From: Microgenomates group bacterium Gr01-1014_16
GTDB taxonomy: Bacteria; Patescibacteriota; Microgenomatia; CAZETR01; Amesbacteraceae
Assembly (NCBI GenBank): GCA_007376345.1
Contig: VMGA01000002.1
Span: 8,309 to 72,308, forward strand
Length of the DNA stretch: 64,000 nt
Reading direction: 5' to 3'
The translations under genes and the position numbers were made by a program. Under the pieces are notes generated by a model. The model saw nothing but the letters and a program-made list of their open reading frames with translations, searched no databases and had not been told where the DNA came from. Shown here piece by piece: positions 18,745 to 27,551 of the stretch; the stretch's first letter is position 1, and the number at the start of each line of letters is the position of its first letter.

Positions 18745-20421
18745 ATGGTCCTGCCCGATGAACAGCTGGCCGATTTGGTGATCAAAGCCAATCTTGCCGA
18801 CGCCAAAAAATTGGTCGAAGCCTACACCTACGTCAAGCACTCCAATGTTTCTTTGGAAGACGCCCTTCTGGAGCTTAAAATTACGACTGACGACCAGCTC
18901 GGCCAGGCAGTGGCCGCCCATCTCAAACTCCCCTTTGTCAGCCTCTCCAAAGTTTCCATCCCCGAGGAGGTCTTCGATCTTATCCCGCCTGTTGTCGCCC
19001 GCAAACAAAAAGCCGTTGCCTTCGCCCGGGATGCTACTGGCGTCAAAGTCGCCCTGGCCAATCCACAAAACGCCCAATTAATTGATCTTTTGGCCAAAAA
19101 GACTGGTCAAAAAGTCATTGTCCACTACGCTACATTCCGGGATATCCAAAACACCCTGCATCTCTTCAAAAAAGACTTGCAGGTCGAAGTGGACAATTTA
19201 CTCAAAGAAGATATAGGCCGGCCTACCGGCACGGATGACCCACCCGTTGCCAAAATTGTTGATTTATTAATTGACACTGCCTACGAAGAAAAAGCCTCCG
19301 ATATCCATATCGAACCCCAGGAAGCCACTTCTTCCATCCGCTTCCGTATCGACGGCATGCTCCAGGACGTTCTGTCCATCTCCAAGTTTTTGCACGAGCG
19401 CGTCATCACCCGTATCAAAGTCCTGTCAAACTTGCGGACAGACGAACATTTAGCCGCCCAGGACGGTAAAATGCGCGTCCCCTTAGAGGAAGAAAATCTG
19501 GATATTCGCGTTTCTATTCTTCCCATTGTCGACGGTGAGAAATCGGTCCTGCGGCTGCTATCTTCCCGTTCCCGCCAGTACACCCTGCAAAACTTGGGCA
19601 TGAACGACAAGGATCTGCAAAAAGTCTACAACGCCTATTCCAAGTCCTACGGCATGATCTTGTCTACTGGTCCCACCGGCTCCGGCAAAACTACTTCCAT
19701 TTATTCCATACTAAAGATCCTAAATACCCGCGAGAAAAATATTACTACCGTCGAAGACCCCGTCGAATACCGCATCCAGGGCGCCAACCAAATTCAGGTC
19801 AACCCCAAAACAAATCTCACCTTTGCATCCGGCCTGCGGAGTATTCTCCGCCAGGACCCCAATATAATTTTTGTGGGCGAAATCCGCGATTTCGAAACCG
19901 CCGGAATTGCCGTCAACGCTGCTCTGACCGGCCATTTGGTCGTGTCCACACTGCATACCAATGATGCGGCTACAGCAATTCCTAGGCTTACGGACATGAA
20001 AGTCGAACCGTTTTTGGTCGCTTCCACAGTCACGGTTGTCGTCGCCCAGCGTTTGGTCCGCCGCACCTGCCCCTCGTGCAAAATAGAGATGGCGCTTACC
20101 TTCGAAGAACTGGCCAAAAATTTCCCCTCCGACGTACTTAAAAGAAACGACATCAAAAAATCCGTTACCGTCTTCAAAGGCAAGGGCTGCAAAATCTGCC
20201 GCAATTCCGGCTACGCCGGCCGCGTTGGCCTGTTTGAAGTTCTGGAAATTACCCCCCAAATCCGCAAGCTGATTACCGCCAAAAGCGACGCCGACGTCAT
20301 AGCCAAAGCCGCTATCACAGAAGGCATGAAAACCATGCTCGATGACGGCATAGCCAAGATCCTTTCCGGGGAAACCACCGTTGAAGAAGTTCTTCGTGTT
20401 ACTAAGGCGGAATTTTTGTAA
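18745..20421 (+). CDS. pilB: Type IV pilus assembly ATPase PilB/GspE
   Basis: ASDIHIEP, GPTGSGKTT, EDPVEY, LRQDP, GEIRD, tetracysteine motif. Confidence 0.93.
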   Translation: MVLPDEQLADLVIKANLADAKKLVEAYTYVKHSNVSLEDALLELKITTDDQLGQAVAAHLKLPFVSLSKVSIPEEVFDLIPPVVARKQKAVAFARDATGVKVALANPQNAQLIDLLAKKTGQKVIVHYATFRDIQNTLHLFKKDLQVEVDNLLKEDIGRPTGTDDPPVAKIVDLLIDTAYEEKASDIHIEPQEATSSIRFRIDGMLQDVLSISKFLHERVITRIKVLSNLRTDEHLAAQDGKMRVPLEEENLDIRVSILPIVDGEKSVLRLLSSRSRQYTLQNLGMNDKDLQKVYNAYSKSYGMILSTGPTGSGKTTSIYSILKILNTREKNITTVEDPVEYRIQGANQIQVNPKTNLTFASGLRSILRQDPNIIFVGEIRDFETAGIAVNAALTGHLVVSTLHTNDAATAIPRLTDMKVEPFLVASTVTVVVAQRLVRRTCPSCKIEMALTFEELAKNFPSDVLKRNDIKKSVTVFKGKGCKICRNSGYAGRVGLFEVLEITPQIRKLITAKSDADVIAKAAITEGMKTMLDDGIAKILSGETTVEEVLRVTKAEFL

Positions 20422-20422
20422 C

Positions 20423-21472
20423 ATGAACTCCCGTGTTTCCCTTTCCGCTTCCGAAAAGATCGGCCTTTTGTCCAATTTATCTACCATGCTTTCGGCCGGT
20501 ATCCCGCTTTTGGAAGCTATCAACTCTTCCCTGGAAGACACCAAAGGGCCCACCAAAAAGGTTCTCGAAACCCTCAAAGCCGACCTCATGCAGGGAAAAT
20601 CCCTTTATGACTCTTTCGGTCAATTCCCCCGTGTATTCGACAAAGTTACCCTCAATTTGATCAAAGCCGCCGAAGAAGCCGGAACCCTGGAAACCACACT
20701 ACGCGACCTGCGCGAACACATCCAAAAAGAAACGGAGTTTATCGACAAAATCAAATTTGCCATGATTTATCCCATGCTTATTCTTTGTCTTTTTGCCGGT
20801 GTCTTATTAGTCATTCTTGTGGTTGTCATCCCCAAAATCTCCACGGTTTTTTCCAGACTCAAAGTTACCCTGCCCCTGCCCACCAGAATATTAATTTTTG
20901 CCTCCGATATTCTTCTCAAGCAAACCTGGTACTTTTTGGGCGGGGCGTTCGCCGTCATGGTAATACTATTCATTTTTTTCAAAACCAACCGCCGTCTGGT
21001 TTTAGAAGTCCTTTACCGTCTCCCGCTCATTTCCCACCTCATAAAACAAATCGATTTGACCCGCTTTTCCCGGAATATGTTTCTCCTGCTTTCCTCCGGG
21101 CTGCCGATTGTCACCGCCCTGGAACTTTCCCAGGAAGTTGTCTTGCGCGCCAAAACCGCCAAAATCATCACTCTTTCCAAAAACATGATCAGTTCAGGCA
21201 AAAAGTTGTCCGAGGGCTTGCGGACCGGCAAGGGTTATATTCCTTCTCTTATGATCAAGCTTATCGAGTCCGGTGAAAAAAGCGGCTCGCTGGATAAATC
21301 CATGGGCGAAATTGCCAACTATCTGGATTACCAGGTTTCCAATTCCCTAAAAACTATTACCGCGGTCATGGAACCGGTTCTTCTTGTCGTCGTCGGGATA
21401 TCTGTCGGAGCCATGATGATTTCCATAATTTCACCCATTTACGGCCTGATCGGTCAAGTAGGTAACCGATGA
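20423..21472 (+). CDS. pilC: Type IV pilus platform protein PilC/GspF
   Basis: Two GspF domains, EEAGTLE, GEKSGSL, EP. Confidence 0.92.
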   Translation: MNSRVSLSASEKIGLLSNLSTMLSAGIPLLEAINSSLEDTKGPTKKVLETLKADLMQGKSLYDSFGQFPRVFDKVTLNLIKAAEEAGTLETTLRDLREHIQKETEFIDKIKFAMIYPMLILCLFAGVLLVILVVVIPKISTVFSRLKVTLPLPTRILIFASDILLKQTWYFLGGAFAVMVILFIFFKTNRRLVLEVLYRLPLISHLIKQIDLTRFSRNMFLLLSSGLPIVTALELSQEVVLRAKTAKIITLSKNMISSGKKLSEGLRTGKGYIPSLMIKLIESGEKSGSLDKSMGEIANYLDYQVSNSLKTITAVMEPVLLVVVGISVGAMMISIISPIYGLIGQVGNR

Positions 21473-21933
21473 AACCACGCCGCGGATTTACTTTACCCGA
21501 ACTTATTATCGTCATGGGCATACTGGCGGTTTTGTTTGGTTTAGTCAGCCTTGGCCTCTTGGGCGGCCAACACCAGCTTTCCGTCGCCTCTTCCCTCTCC
21601 CAACTGGTTGCGGACGTCAAACTCCAGCAATCCAAAGCTATGTGGGGCGATACCGAAGGACGCGACTCCGCGGATAGTTACGGGGTTTATTTAAACTCAA
21701 ATCAATATATTCTTTTCCACGGTTCGGCTTATTCCGCCGGCAATCCTGACAACGTCGTGATCGATCTGGATTCCGGCGTCACTCTCTCACCTACCCAATC
21801 GTTCATCTTTGCCAAAGGCAGCGGTGAAATCATCGGCTACGACGCCAATACGGATACTATTACCATTTCATCTCCCTCCGACTCCAAAACCATCGAATTT
21901 AATCAATATGGAGTTATTGTTCGAAATGATTAA
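21469..21933 (+). CDS. Prepilin (minor, FimT/GspH-like)
   Basis: G|FTLPEL class III signal. Confidence 0.85.
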   Translation: MKPRRGFTLPELIIVMGILAVLFGLVSLGLLGGQHQLSVASSLSQLVADVKLQQSKAMWGDTEGRDSADSYGVYLNSNQYILFHGSAYSAGNPDNVVIDLDSGVTLSPTQSFIFAKGSGEIIGYDANTDTITISSPSDSKTIEFNQYGVIVRND

Positions 21934-23926
21934 AAAAAATTCCTTATTGCACCCCTCTCCTAGACTAGGAGAGGGGACGGGGGTGAGGTATTGGGAAAAG
22001 ATGGGGTTGCATAGGGGCCAATCCCTGGTCGAAATCATCCTGGCCATGGGCCTGGCCGCCGTTCTCCTCCCGGCACTTTTGACCGGCCTGGTTACGACCC
22101 GCGAAGGCAAAGCCCAACAAAACCAAAGATTGGAAGCATCTGCCTATCTCAAAGAAGCCCAGGAGGCCGTCCGCTCCGTTCGGGAAAAAGGCTGGGCCAA
22201 CGTCGTCCCTACCGGTACTTACCATCCCGTCCTCTCCGGTTCCTCCTGGTCTCTGGCGGCCGGGACCGATTCTCCGGGCGGGTTTACCCGTTCGCTGGTC
22301 GTCTCCGATGTTTTCCGTGACGCTGCGGGAAATATTGTCTCCTCCGGCGGCAGTCCCGACCCCTCCACCCGCCAGGTAACCACAACCGTCAGTTGGGACA
22401 CCCCTACTGCCTCCTCCGTCACTTCCGCTTTTTATCTCACTCGTTATTTGGACAATTTGACTCACGTTGAAACACTCCAATCTGAATTTGACGCCGGTAC
22501 CAAAACCGGAACCTCTACTTCCAACTCCTCCGGTGGAGAAGTGCTTTTGGGTGCTGGCGGATATGGCAACTGGTGCGAACCCAACCTCAACCTTTCTTCT
22601 CTCGACTTACCTAAAAACGGTGTGGCCAATGCCATTTCGGCAATCGTTGGCCGGGCCTTTGCCGGCACCGGTGAAAACGCTTCCGGTGTCTCTTTTGCCA
22701 ACGTCCAAATTACCAATGCAGACCCTCCCGTTCCTTCGGTTTTGGGGACTTATAACGGCTTCAAAACCAACGGCATTTTCGGCGAAACCGATTACGCTTA
22801 TTTGGCCACCGACAATAACTCCAAAGAAGTCGAAATAATTAATCTCACCACCAACCCCTACTCCGAAGCCGGCTGGTTCAACACTACCATCCTCGGTTTT
22901 CCCGTTAACGCCGATGCCACTGCCGTCTACGTATCCGGCAATCGCGGCTACGTCACCGCCGGCTCCTGGCTCTATGTCTTTGACTTATCCAGCAAATCCG
23001 GTTCCCGCCCTCCGGTAGGTTTCCCCCACCTGTTAGTTGGTACTGGGACCAGCATCGTTGTTTCCGGCAACTACGCCTTCGTCTCCGTCTCCGGTTCCCC
23101 CATCGAAATGCAAATTATCGATGTTTCTAATCCCTGGAGTATTTTCCAGGCCGGCTACGCCGATGTCAACGGCCAGGACGGCAAGCACGTTTTTATCAAC
23201 TCCACCGCCACCAGGGCGTATCTTGTCACCAACGCCTCCGCCTCCCTGGCCGAGTTTTTTATTATTAATACTTCTTCCAAATCCGGCTCCCGCCCCACAA
23301 TTTCTAGCTACGACGCCAACGGCATGAACCCCAAAGACCTGGCGGTAGTCACCGGAAATAAAGCCATCATAGTTGGCTCCGGGGCAGAGGAGTACCAGGT
23401 CATAGATATTGCCGATGAAACACAACCTGTTCGCTGCGGCGGCCTGAATCTGGACACCGGTGTAAATGGGATAGCCTCCGTTTTGGAGCCCGACGGGGAC
23501 GCTTTCTCTTATATTATTACCGGGGATGCCTCTTCCGAGTTCAAGATCATCGAGGGCGGTCCGGGTGGCCAATATTCCACTTCCGGCACTTTCGAGTCAG
23601 CCACTTTTCCTGACGTCGGTTACTCGACCGCTTTTAATTACATGTCTTATACCGCAACCGTTCCGGCCAATACTACTCTCCAGTTGCAAGTCGCCGGCGC
23701 CGACCAAGTTTCCGGCAGTTGTCCCTCTTCCGGTTACGTCTTCCTGGGCCCCGATGGGACCAGTAATAAATTCTTCTCTGCTACCGGCGGTCCGATACCC
23801 CTTAACGACGACGGCACCGGCTACGAAAATCCCGCCCGCTGCCTCCGCTACAAAGCCTATCTATCCACTACCGATACCTTCGCCAGCCCCGTATTAAATG
23901 ATGTAACAGTCAATTATTCACCGTGA
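21926..23926 (+). CDS. Large prepilin with LVIVD-like beta-propeller repeats (putative tip adhesin)
   Basis: G|QSLVE; repeated V.GNYAFV..MQIIDVSNP-type units; alternative start 22001. Confidence 0.75.
   Translation: MIKKNSLLHPSPRLGEGTGVRYWEKMGLHRGQSLVEIILAMGLAAVLLPALLTGLVTTREGKAQQNQRLEASAYLKEAQEAVRSVREKGWANVVPTGTYHPVLSGSSWSLAAGTDSPGGFTRSLVVSDVFRDAAGNIVSSGGSPDPSTRQVTTTVSWDTPTASSVTSAFYLTRYLDNLTHVETLQSEFDAGTKTGTSTSNSSGGEVLLGAGGYGNWCEPNLNLSSLDLPKNGVANAISAIVGRAFAGTGENASGVSFANVQITNADPPVPSVLGTYNGFKTNGIFGETDYAYLATDNNSKEVEIINLTTNPYSEAGWFNTTILGFPVNADATAVYVSGNRGYVTAGSWLYVFDLSSKSGSRPPVGFPHLLVGTGTSIVVSGNYAFVSVSGSPIEMQIIDVSNPWSIFQAGYADVNGQDGKHVFINSTATRAYLVTNASASLAEFFIINTSSKSGSRPTISSYDANGMNPKDLAVVTGNKAIIVGSGAEEYQVIDIADETQPVRCGGLNLDTGVNGIASVLEPDGDAFSYIITGDASSEFKIIEGGPGGQYSTSGTFESATFPDVGYSTAFNYMSYTATVPANTTLQLQVAGADQVSGSCPSSGYVFLGPDGTSNKFFSATGGPIPLNDDGTGYENPARCLRYKAYLSTTDTFASPVLNDVTVNYSP
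21952..21988. repeat. REP-like palindrome CCCCTCTCC..GGAGAGGGG..GGGTGAGG, copy 1
   Basis: Hairpin with GGGTGAGG tail; sister copy at 23947. Confidence 0.8.
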
Positions 23927-24456
23927 AAATAAATATTTTCCATTTCCCCTCTCCTGAATCAGGAGAGGGATCAAGGGTGAGGTTCAGGGCGGGTGAGGTA
24001 TGTCGTGGTTTTACATTAATCGAAATCCTCATCTACATGGGTCTTATGGCCGCTTTGATCACCGTTTTGACCAACGTCTTTGTCACAGTTTTGGAAACCC
24101 AGCTCGAATCCTCCTCCGTTTCGGTCGTGGAAATCGACGGCCGCTACGTTTTATCCCGACTGATCTATGACATTCACCGAGCTACCAGTATTACTACCCC
24201 TGCTGTAGCCGGCCAGACTTCGCCCGGTCTGACTTTAAACATTGGCGGCCCCAATCACACTTACACGGTTACCGACGGAGTTCTGTATTTGGACGGTTCT
24301 TCCCGTCTGACAAGTATTGATACTTCCGTTTCCAACCTGTCGTTTACCCGCGTCGGCAACAGCACAGACAACGATACCCTGCGAATTTCCTTTACCTTAA
24401 CTAGCCTCGCCCAATCACAAAATTATAATTCCACCGTTAGTCTGCGTACCAATTAA
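23923..24456 (+). CDS. Prepilin (PilW/GspJ-like)
   Basis: G|FTLIEIL. Confidence 0.85.
   Translation: MKINIFHFPSPESGEGSRVRFRAGEVCRGFTLIEILIYMGLMAALITVLTNVFVTVLETQLESSSVSVVEIDGRYVLSRLIYDIHRATSITTPAVAGQTSPGLTLNIGGPNHTYTVTDGVLYLDGSSRLTSIDTSVSNLSFTRVGNSTDNDTLRISFTLTSLAQSQNYNSTVSLRTN
23947..23982. repeat. REP-like palindrome, copy 2
   Basis: CCCTCTCCTGA a TCAGGAGAGGG..GGGTGAGG. Confidence 0.8.
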
Positions 24457-24457
24457 T

Positions 24458-24826
24458 ATGAAACCCGGTCAAACATTAATTTTTTTACTCGTCTTCATAA
24501 CCATGGCCATTACTGTTACCACGGCTGCCACCTTGATCATTATTAGTAACTCCCAGGCCGCTTCCAAATTGGAGCAGAGCCTTACGGCCTACGCCGTGGC
24601 CGAAAGCGGGGCCGAAAACGCCCTGCTTCGTTTACTGCGCGACCCCGCCTACGCCGGAGAAACATTGACAATAGGCGGGGGCATTGCCACAATTAGTGCG
24701 ACGGGGAGTAATCCCAAAGTTATTTTGTCCAAAGGGGCTTATAGAAATTTTCTGCGCCAGGTCCAGGTCACAGCCAATTACGTCAGCGGAATTCTTACAG
24801 TGACCTCCTGGCAGGAAGTCTTTTGA
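24458..24826 (+). CDS. Pilin-like protein (PilX/GspK-like)
   Basis: G|QTLIF without Glu5, AYAVAESGAENALLRL. Confidence 0.75.
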   Translation: MKPGQTLIFLLVFITMAITVTTAATLIIISNSQAASKLEQSLTAYAVAESGAENALLRLLRDPAYAGETLTIGGGIATISATGSNPKVILSKGAYRNFLRQVQVTANYVSGILTVTSWQEVF

Positions 24827-24827
24827 T

Positions 24828-25850
24828 ATGACCGCCCATCCTTTTATTGCCACTCTCTATCGGAATCGGATAGCCCTCTGTTCGCCGACAATCGCCCAGC
24901 CTCTGGAACTCAAATTCTCCGATGCTTCTATCAAGGATTTAGAGATAGTCAACCAATCGGAGTTGGAAAACCAGGTCAAGGCTTTCGGGTCCGCCCGCCA
25001 GCTTCACCCCGGGGAACTGATTTTTGTTCTCACCGCCAATGTGGTTTTTGAAAAAGACCTCTCCAAAATTCCCAGATCTGACCGTTCGGCCCAAATCCAG
25101 GCCTTTCTCGACTCCATTCCCTTGTCCAGTATCAGTCACAAAATATTCCGCGTCCAAAACGCCGAAAAGCTCATCGTCCTCAACCGTAATCTTCACGATG
25201 GTCTGAAAAAAGCCTTCGAAGCCGTTGGCTTTTCCGTCTCCGCCGTAATTCCCGGAGTCATGCTGGGGGATATCGGCGTCCAGGAATCAACCACCGCCGA
25301 ATCCTGTCGCGTTATTTCCAAAAAGATCGATTTTATCCGGGCCAATAGTTTCCTGTCCGACGAGGGAAATTTTCACCAGAAAGAAACCAAGTTCCTCAAA
25401 AAATATCAGCTGGCAGTCGTAGTGTTCTTTATCCTGGCTGTTGCCGGCGCCGTCCTCGCCGCCGTTTTTACTCTCCGTCCGGCGCCCCGGTCTAAACCCA
25501 CCCCCACCCTCACTCCCAAACCCACAACCCACAACTCACAACCCACCCCGCTTCCCACTGCTCCGGCCGAAGCCTCGCCCTCTGCCCTGACAGTCCAAAT
25601 TCTCAACTCCTCCGGCACTCCCGGTTTAGCCTCCAAAATCCAAAAACAGCTTACACCATTAGGTTACACCAATATTATCGTGGGCAACTCAACCGTTTTG
25701 TCATCACCATCTTCTGTTCTTTTTTCCTCCCGGGTTTCGCCTGCCCTACGCCAGTCTCTCCTCCAACTGCTTCAGATTTCCTCCGCCCGGGATAACCCCG
25801 CGCCCCAATTCGACATCATAATTACTCTCGGCAAGCAATCTACCCCTTGA
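24828..25850 (+). CDS. Membrane protein with C-terminal LytR_C-like domain
   Basis: TM helix, PT linker, VQILNSSGTPGLASK...DIIITLG. Confidence 0.7.
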   Translation: MTAHPFIATLYRNRIALCSPTIAQPLELKFSDASIKDLEIVNQSELENQVKAFGSARQLHPGELIFVLTANVVFEKDLSKIPRSDRSAQIQAFLDSIPLSSISHKIFRVQNAEKLIVLNRNLHDGLKKAFEAVGFSVSAVIPGVMLGDIGVQESTTAESCRVISKKIDFIRANSFLSDEGNFHQKETKFLKKYQLAVVVFFILAVAGAVLAAVFTLRPAPRSKPTPTLTPKPTTHNSQPTPLPTAPAEASPSALTVQILNSSGTPGLASKIQKQLTPLGYTNIIVGNSTVLSSPSSVLFSSRVSPALRQSLLQLLQISSARDNPAPQFDIIITLGKQSTP

Positions 25851-25886
25851 CAAATATTTTACCAAGTGGGCACAATAGATACAGAC

Positions 25887-26360
25887 ATGAGAAAAGCCTT
25901 CACGCTAATTGAACTTCTGGTCGTCATCGGAGTCCTTGCTGTTTTACTCGCCATCACTCTTATTGCCATCAACCCCGCCCGCCAATTTTCCCAATCCAAT
26001 GACACCAAACGTTCCAGCGACGTCAACGCCATCTTAAACGCCGTCCACCAGTATGCTGCGGACAATAAAGGTACTCTCCCGGCTGGCATTACAACAACAG
26101 GAAAACTTATTCGACTTAGCAACCCCGCGGATCCGGCTACGGATGCTAATATCTGCGCCGCACTTGTTCCCACCTACTTAGCCGCTCTTCCGGTCGATCC
26201 TCTTACCAATAATGGAACCCCGATTACGGATTGCACGGGCGGAGTACCGCTTACCTACACCACCAATTACACCATTGTCGCTAGTGCCACAAACAACAGA
26301 ATAACAGTCACCGCCACGGCCACCGAAGTCGCGACAACAGATATCTCCGTCACCCGCTAA
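25887..26360 (+). CDS. Probable major type IV pilin
   Basis: A|FTLIELLVVIGVL, INP..Q...D.KR..D, LPVDP; own TTGACA promoter near 25846. Confidence 0.85.
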   Translation: MRKAFTLIELLVVIGVLAVLLAITLIAINPARQFSQSNDTKRSSDVNAILNAVHQYAADNKGTLPAGITTTGKLIRLSNPADPATDANICAALVPTYLAALPVDPLTNNGTPITDCTGGVPLTYTTNYTIVASATNNRITVTATATEVATTDISVTR

Positions 26361-26405
26361 ATTGCTTCTTGCTAAAGTCCAAAAACTTCTCTACATTTGT
26401 GATTG

Positions 26406-27068
26406 ATGCGCCTGGGTACTTCGCTTCTCCTTGTCATATCCGGAGTAGTAATTAGCGTTTTCATTCTACATCTGACTTTTTCTTCTTACACCCGTTCCCA
26501 GATCCCCGCAGGATGCACATCCATAACCGACTCCGGCGAATTTGATCCCACCCAAACCGTGGCCTTCTGGCAAAACCAGCTCGTTGACCCTCCGTCGAAT
26601 TTATATGCTTCTCTGACCGACACCGACCAACGTGTCCTGGGCCAGTCGACAGCCGGAAAATGGATCGAGATCGATCTTTCCGAGCAAAAAATGACCGCCC
26701 GCGACGGCGACTCGGTTTTTCTGGAAAGCCCCATCAGCTCCGGTCTGTGGAACAAGACTCCAAAAGGAGAGTACCGTATCTGGTACAAAATCCGCTCCAC
26801 CAAAATGGAGGGCGGCATTCCGGGCACCAAATCATATTATTTTCTTCCCAATGTCCCCTACGCCATGTTTTTCAATGGCGATTACGGTATCCATGGTACA
26901 TATTGGCATTCCAATTTCGGCCAACCCATGAGCCACGGCTGCGTCAACTCTCCCACCCCAATTGCCGAAAAACTTTTCTACTGGACCGATCCCCAGTTGC
27001 CCGCGGGCAAAAAAATAGTTAGGGCAACTAGTGACAACCCTGGTACACTAGTAGTAGTTCATGAATAA
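26406..27068 (+). CDS. L,D-transpeptidase (YkuD)
   Basis: IEIDLSEQ, IHGTYWH...SHGCVN. Confidence 0.92.
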   Translation: MRLGTSLLLVISGVVISVFILHLTFSSYTRSQIPAGCTSITDSGEFDPTQTVAFWQNQLVDPPSNLYASLTDTDQRVLGQSTAGKWIEIDLSEQKMTARDGDSVFLESPISSGLWNKTPKGEYRIWYKIRSTKMEGGIPGTKSYYFLPNVPYAMFFNGDYGIHGTYWHSNFGQPMSHGCVNSPTPIAEKLFYWTDPQLPAGKKIVRATSDNPGTLVVVHE

Positions 27069-27507
27069 TCTATTCCTCGACTCGGGCAATTATTTACTGA
27101 TTATTATGTATACGGCTCTTACAGTCTCCTGGTGGAAAAAACGCCGTGAGGCTCTGGTTCACGCTCTTTTGTCTTCCCTTCTTGCCTGGATCATAGCCGG
27201 TTTTATCAAAGATATTTTTCCCACTCCCCGTCCTTTTATTGAAAATGGCCTCATGCCCTTTGGCCGCATCGGCTTGGATAATGGCAGCTTTCCCTCGGCT
27301 CATGCGTCGGCCGCCTTTGCCTTCGGTGTTTCCGCATTTATGCACGACGGCCCAATTGGCATAGCTATGTTAATCGGCAGTTTCTTAATCGGCTTGGCCC
27401 GGGTTGTGGGCAACGTCCATTACCCCATCGACATAATAGGCGGCGCCGTCGTAGGCACACTGGTTGCTTATTTTGTTTTTCGCTCGCATCCGCGATTCCG
27501 TTCTTGA
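27061..27507 (+). CDS. PAP2 phosphatase (undecaprenyl-diphosphatase-like)
   Basis: K.....RP, SFPSAH, ARV..VHYP.D. Confidence 0.9.
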   Translation: MNNLFLDSGNYLLIIMYTALTVSWWKKRREALVHALLSSLLAWIIAGFIKDIFPTPRPFIENGLMPFGRIGLDNGSFPSAHASAAFAFGVSAFMHDGPIGIAMLIGSFLIGLARVVGNVHYPIDIIGGAVVGTLVAYFVFRSHPRFRS

Positions 27508-27538
27508 CATCTTGTCACTCCCAATGATAGAGTGATAA
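27504..27538 (+). promoter_or_regulatory. lon promoter with CIRCE-like (HrcA) operator
   Basis: TTGACA then TTGTCACTC-N9-GAGTGATAA versus consensus TTAGCACTC-N9-GAGTGCTAA. Confidence 0.8.
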
Positions 27539-27551
27539 AGCAAAAAAGATT

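Noticed and set aside
19720-20589. Long antisense ORFs (also 31174-31776, 43621-44247, 59801-60349 and others)
   Set aside because: Shadows of well-supported genes on the opposite strand with no recognisable motifs
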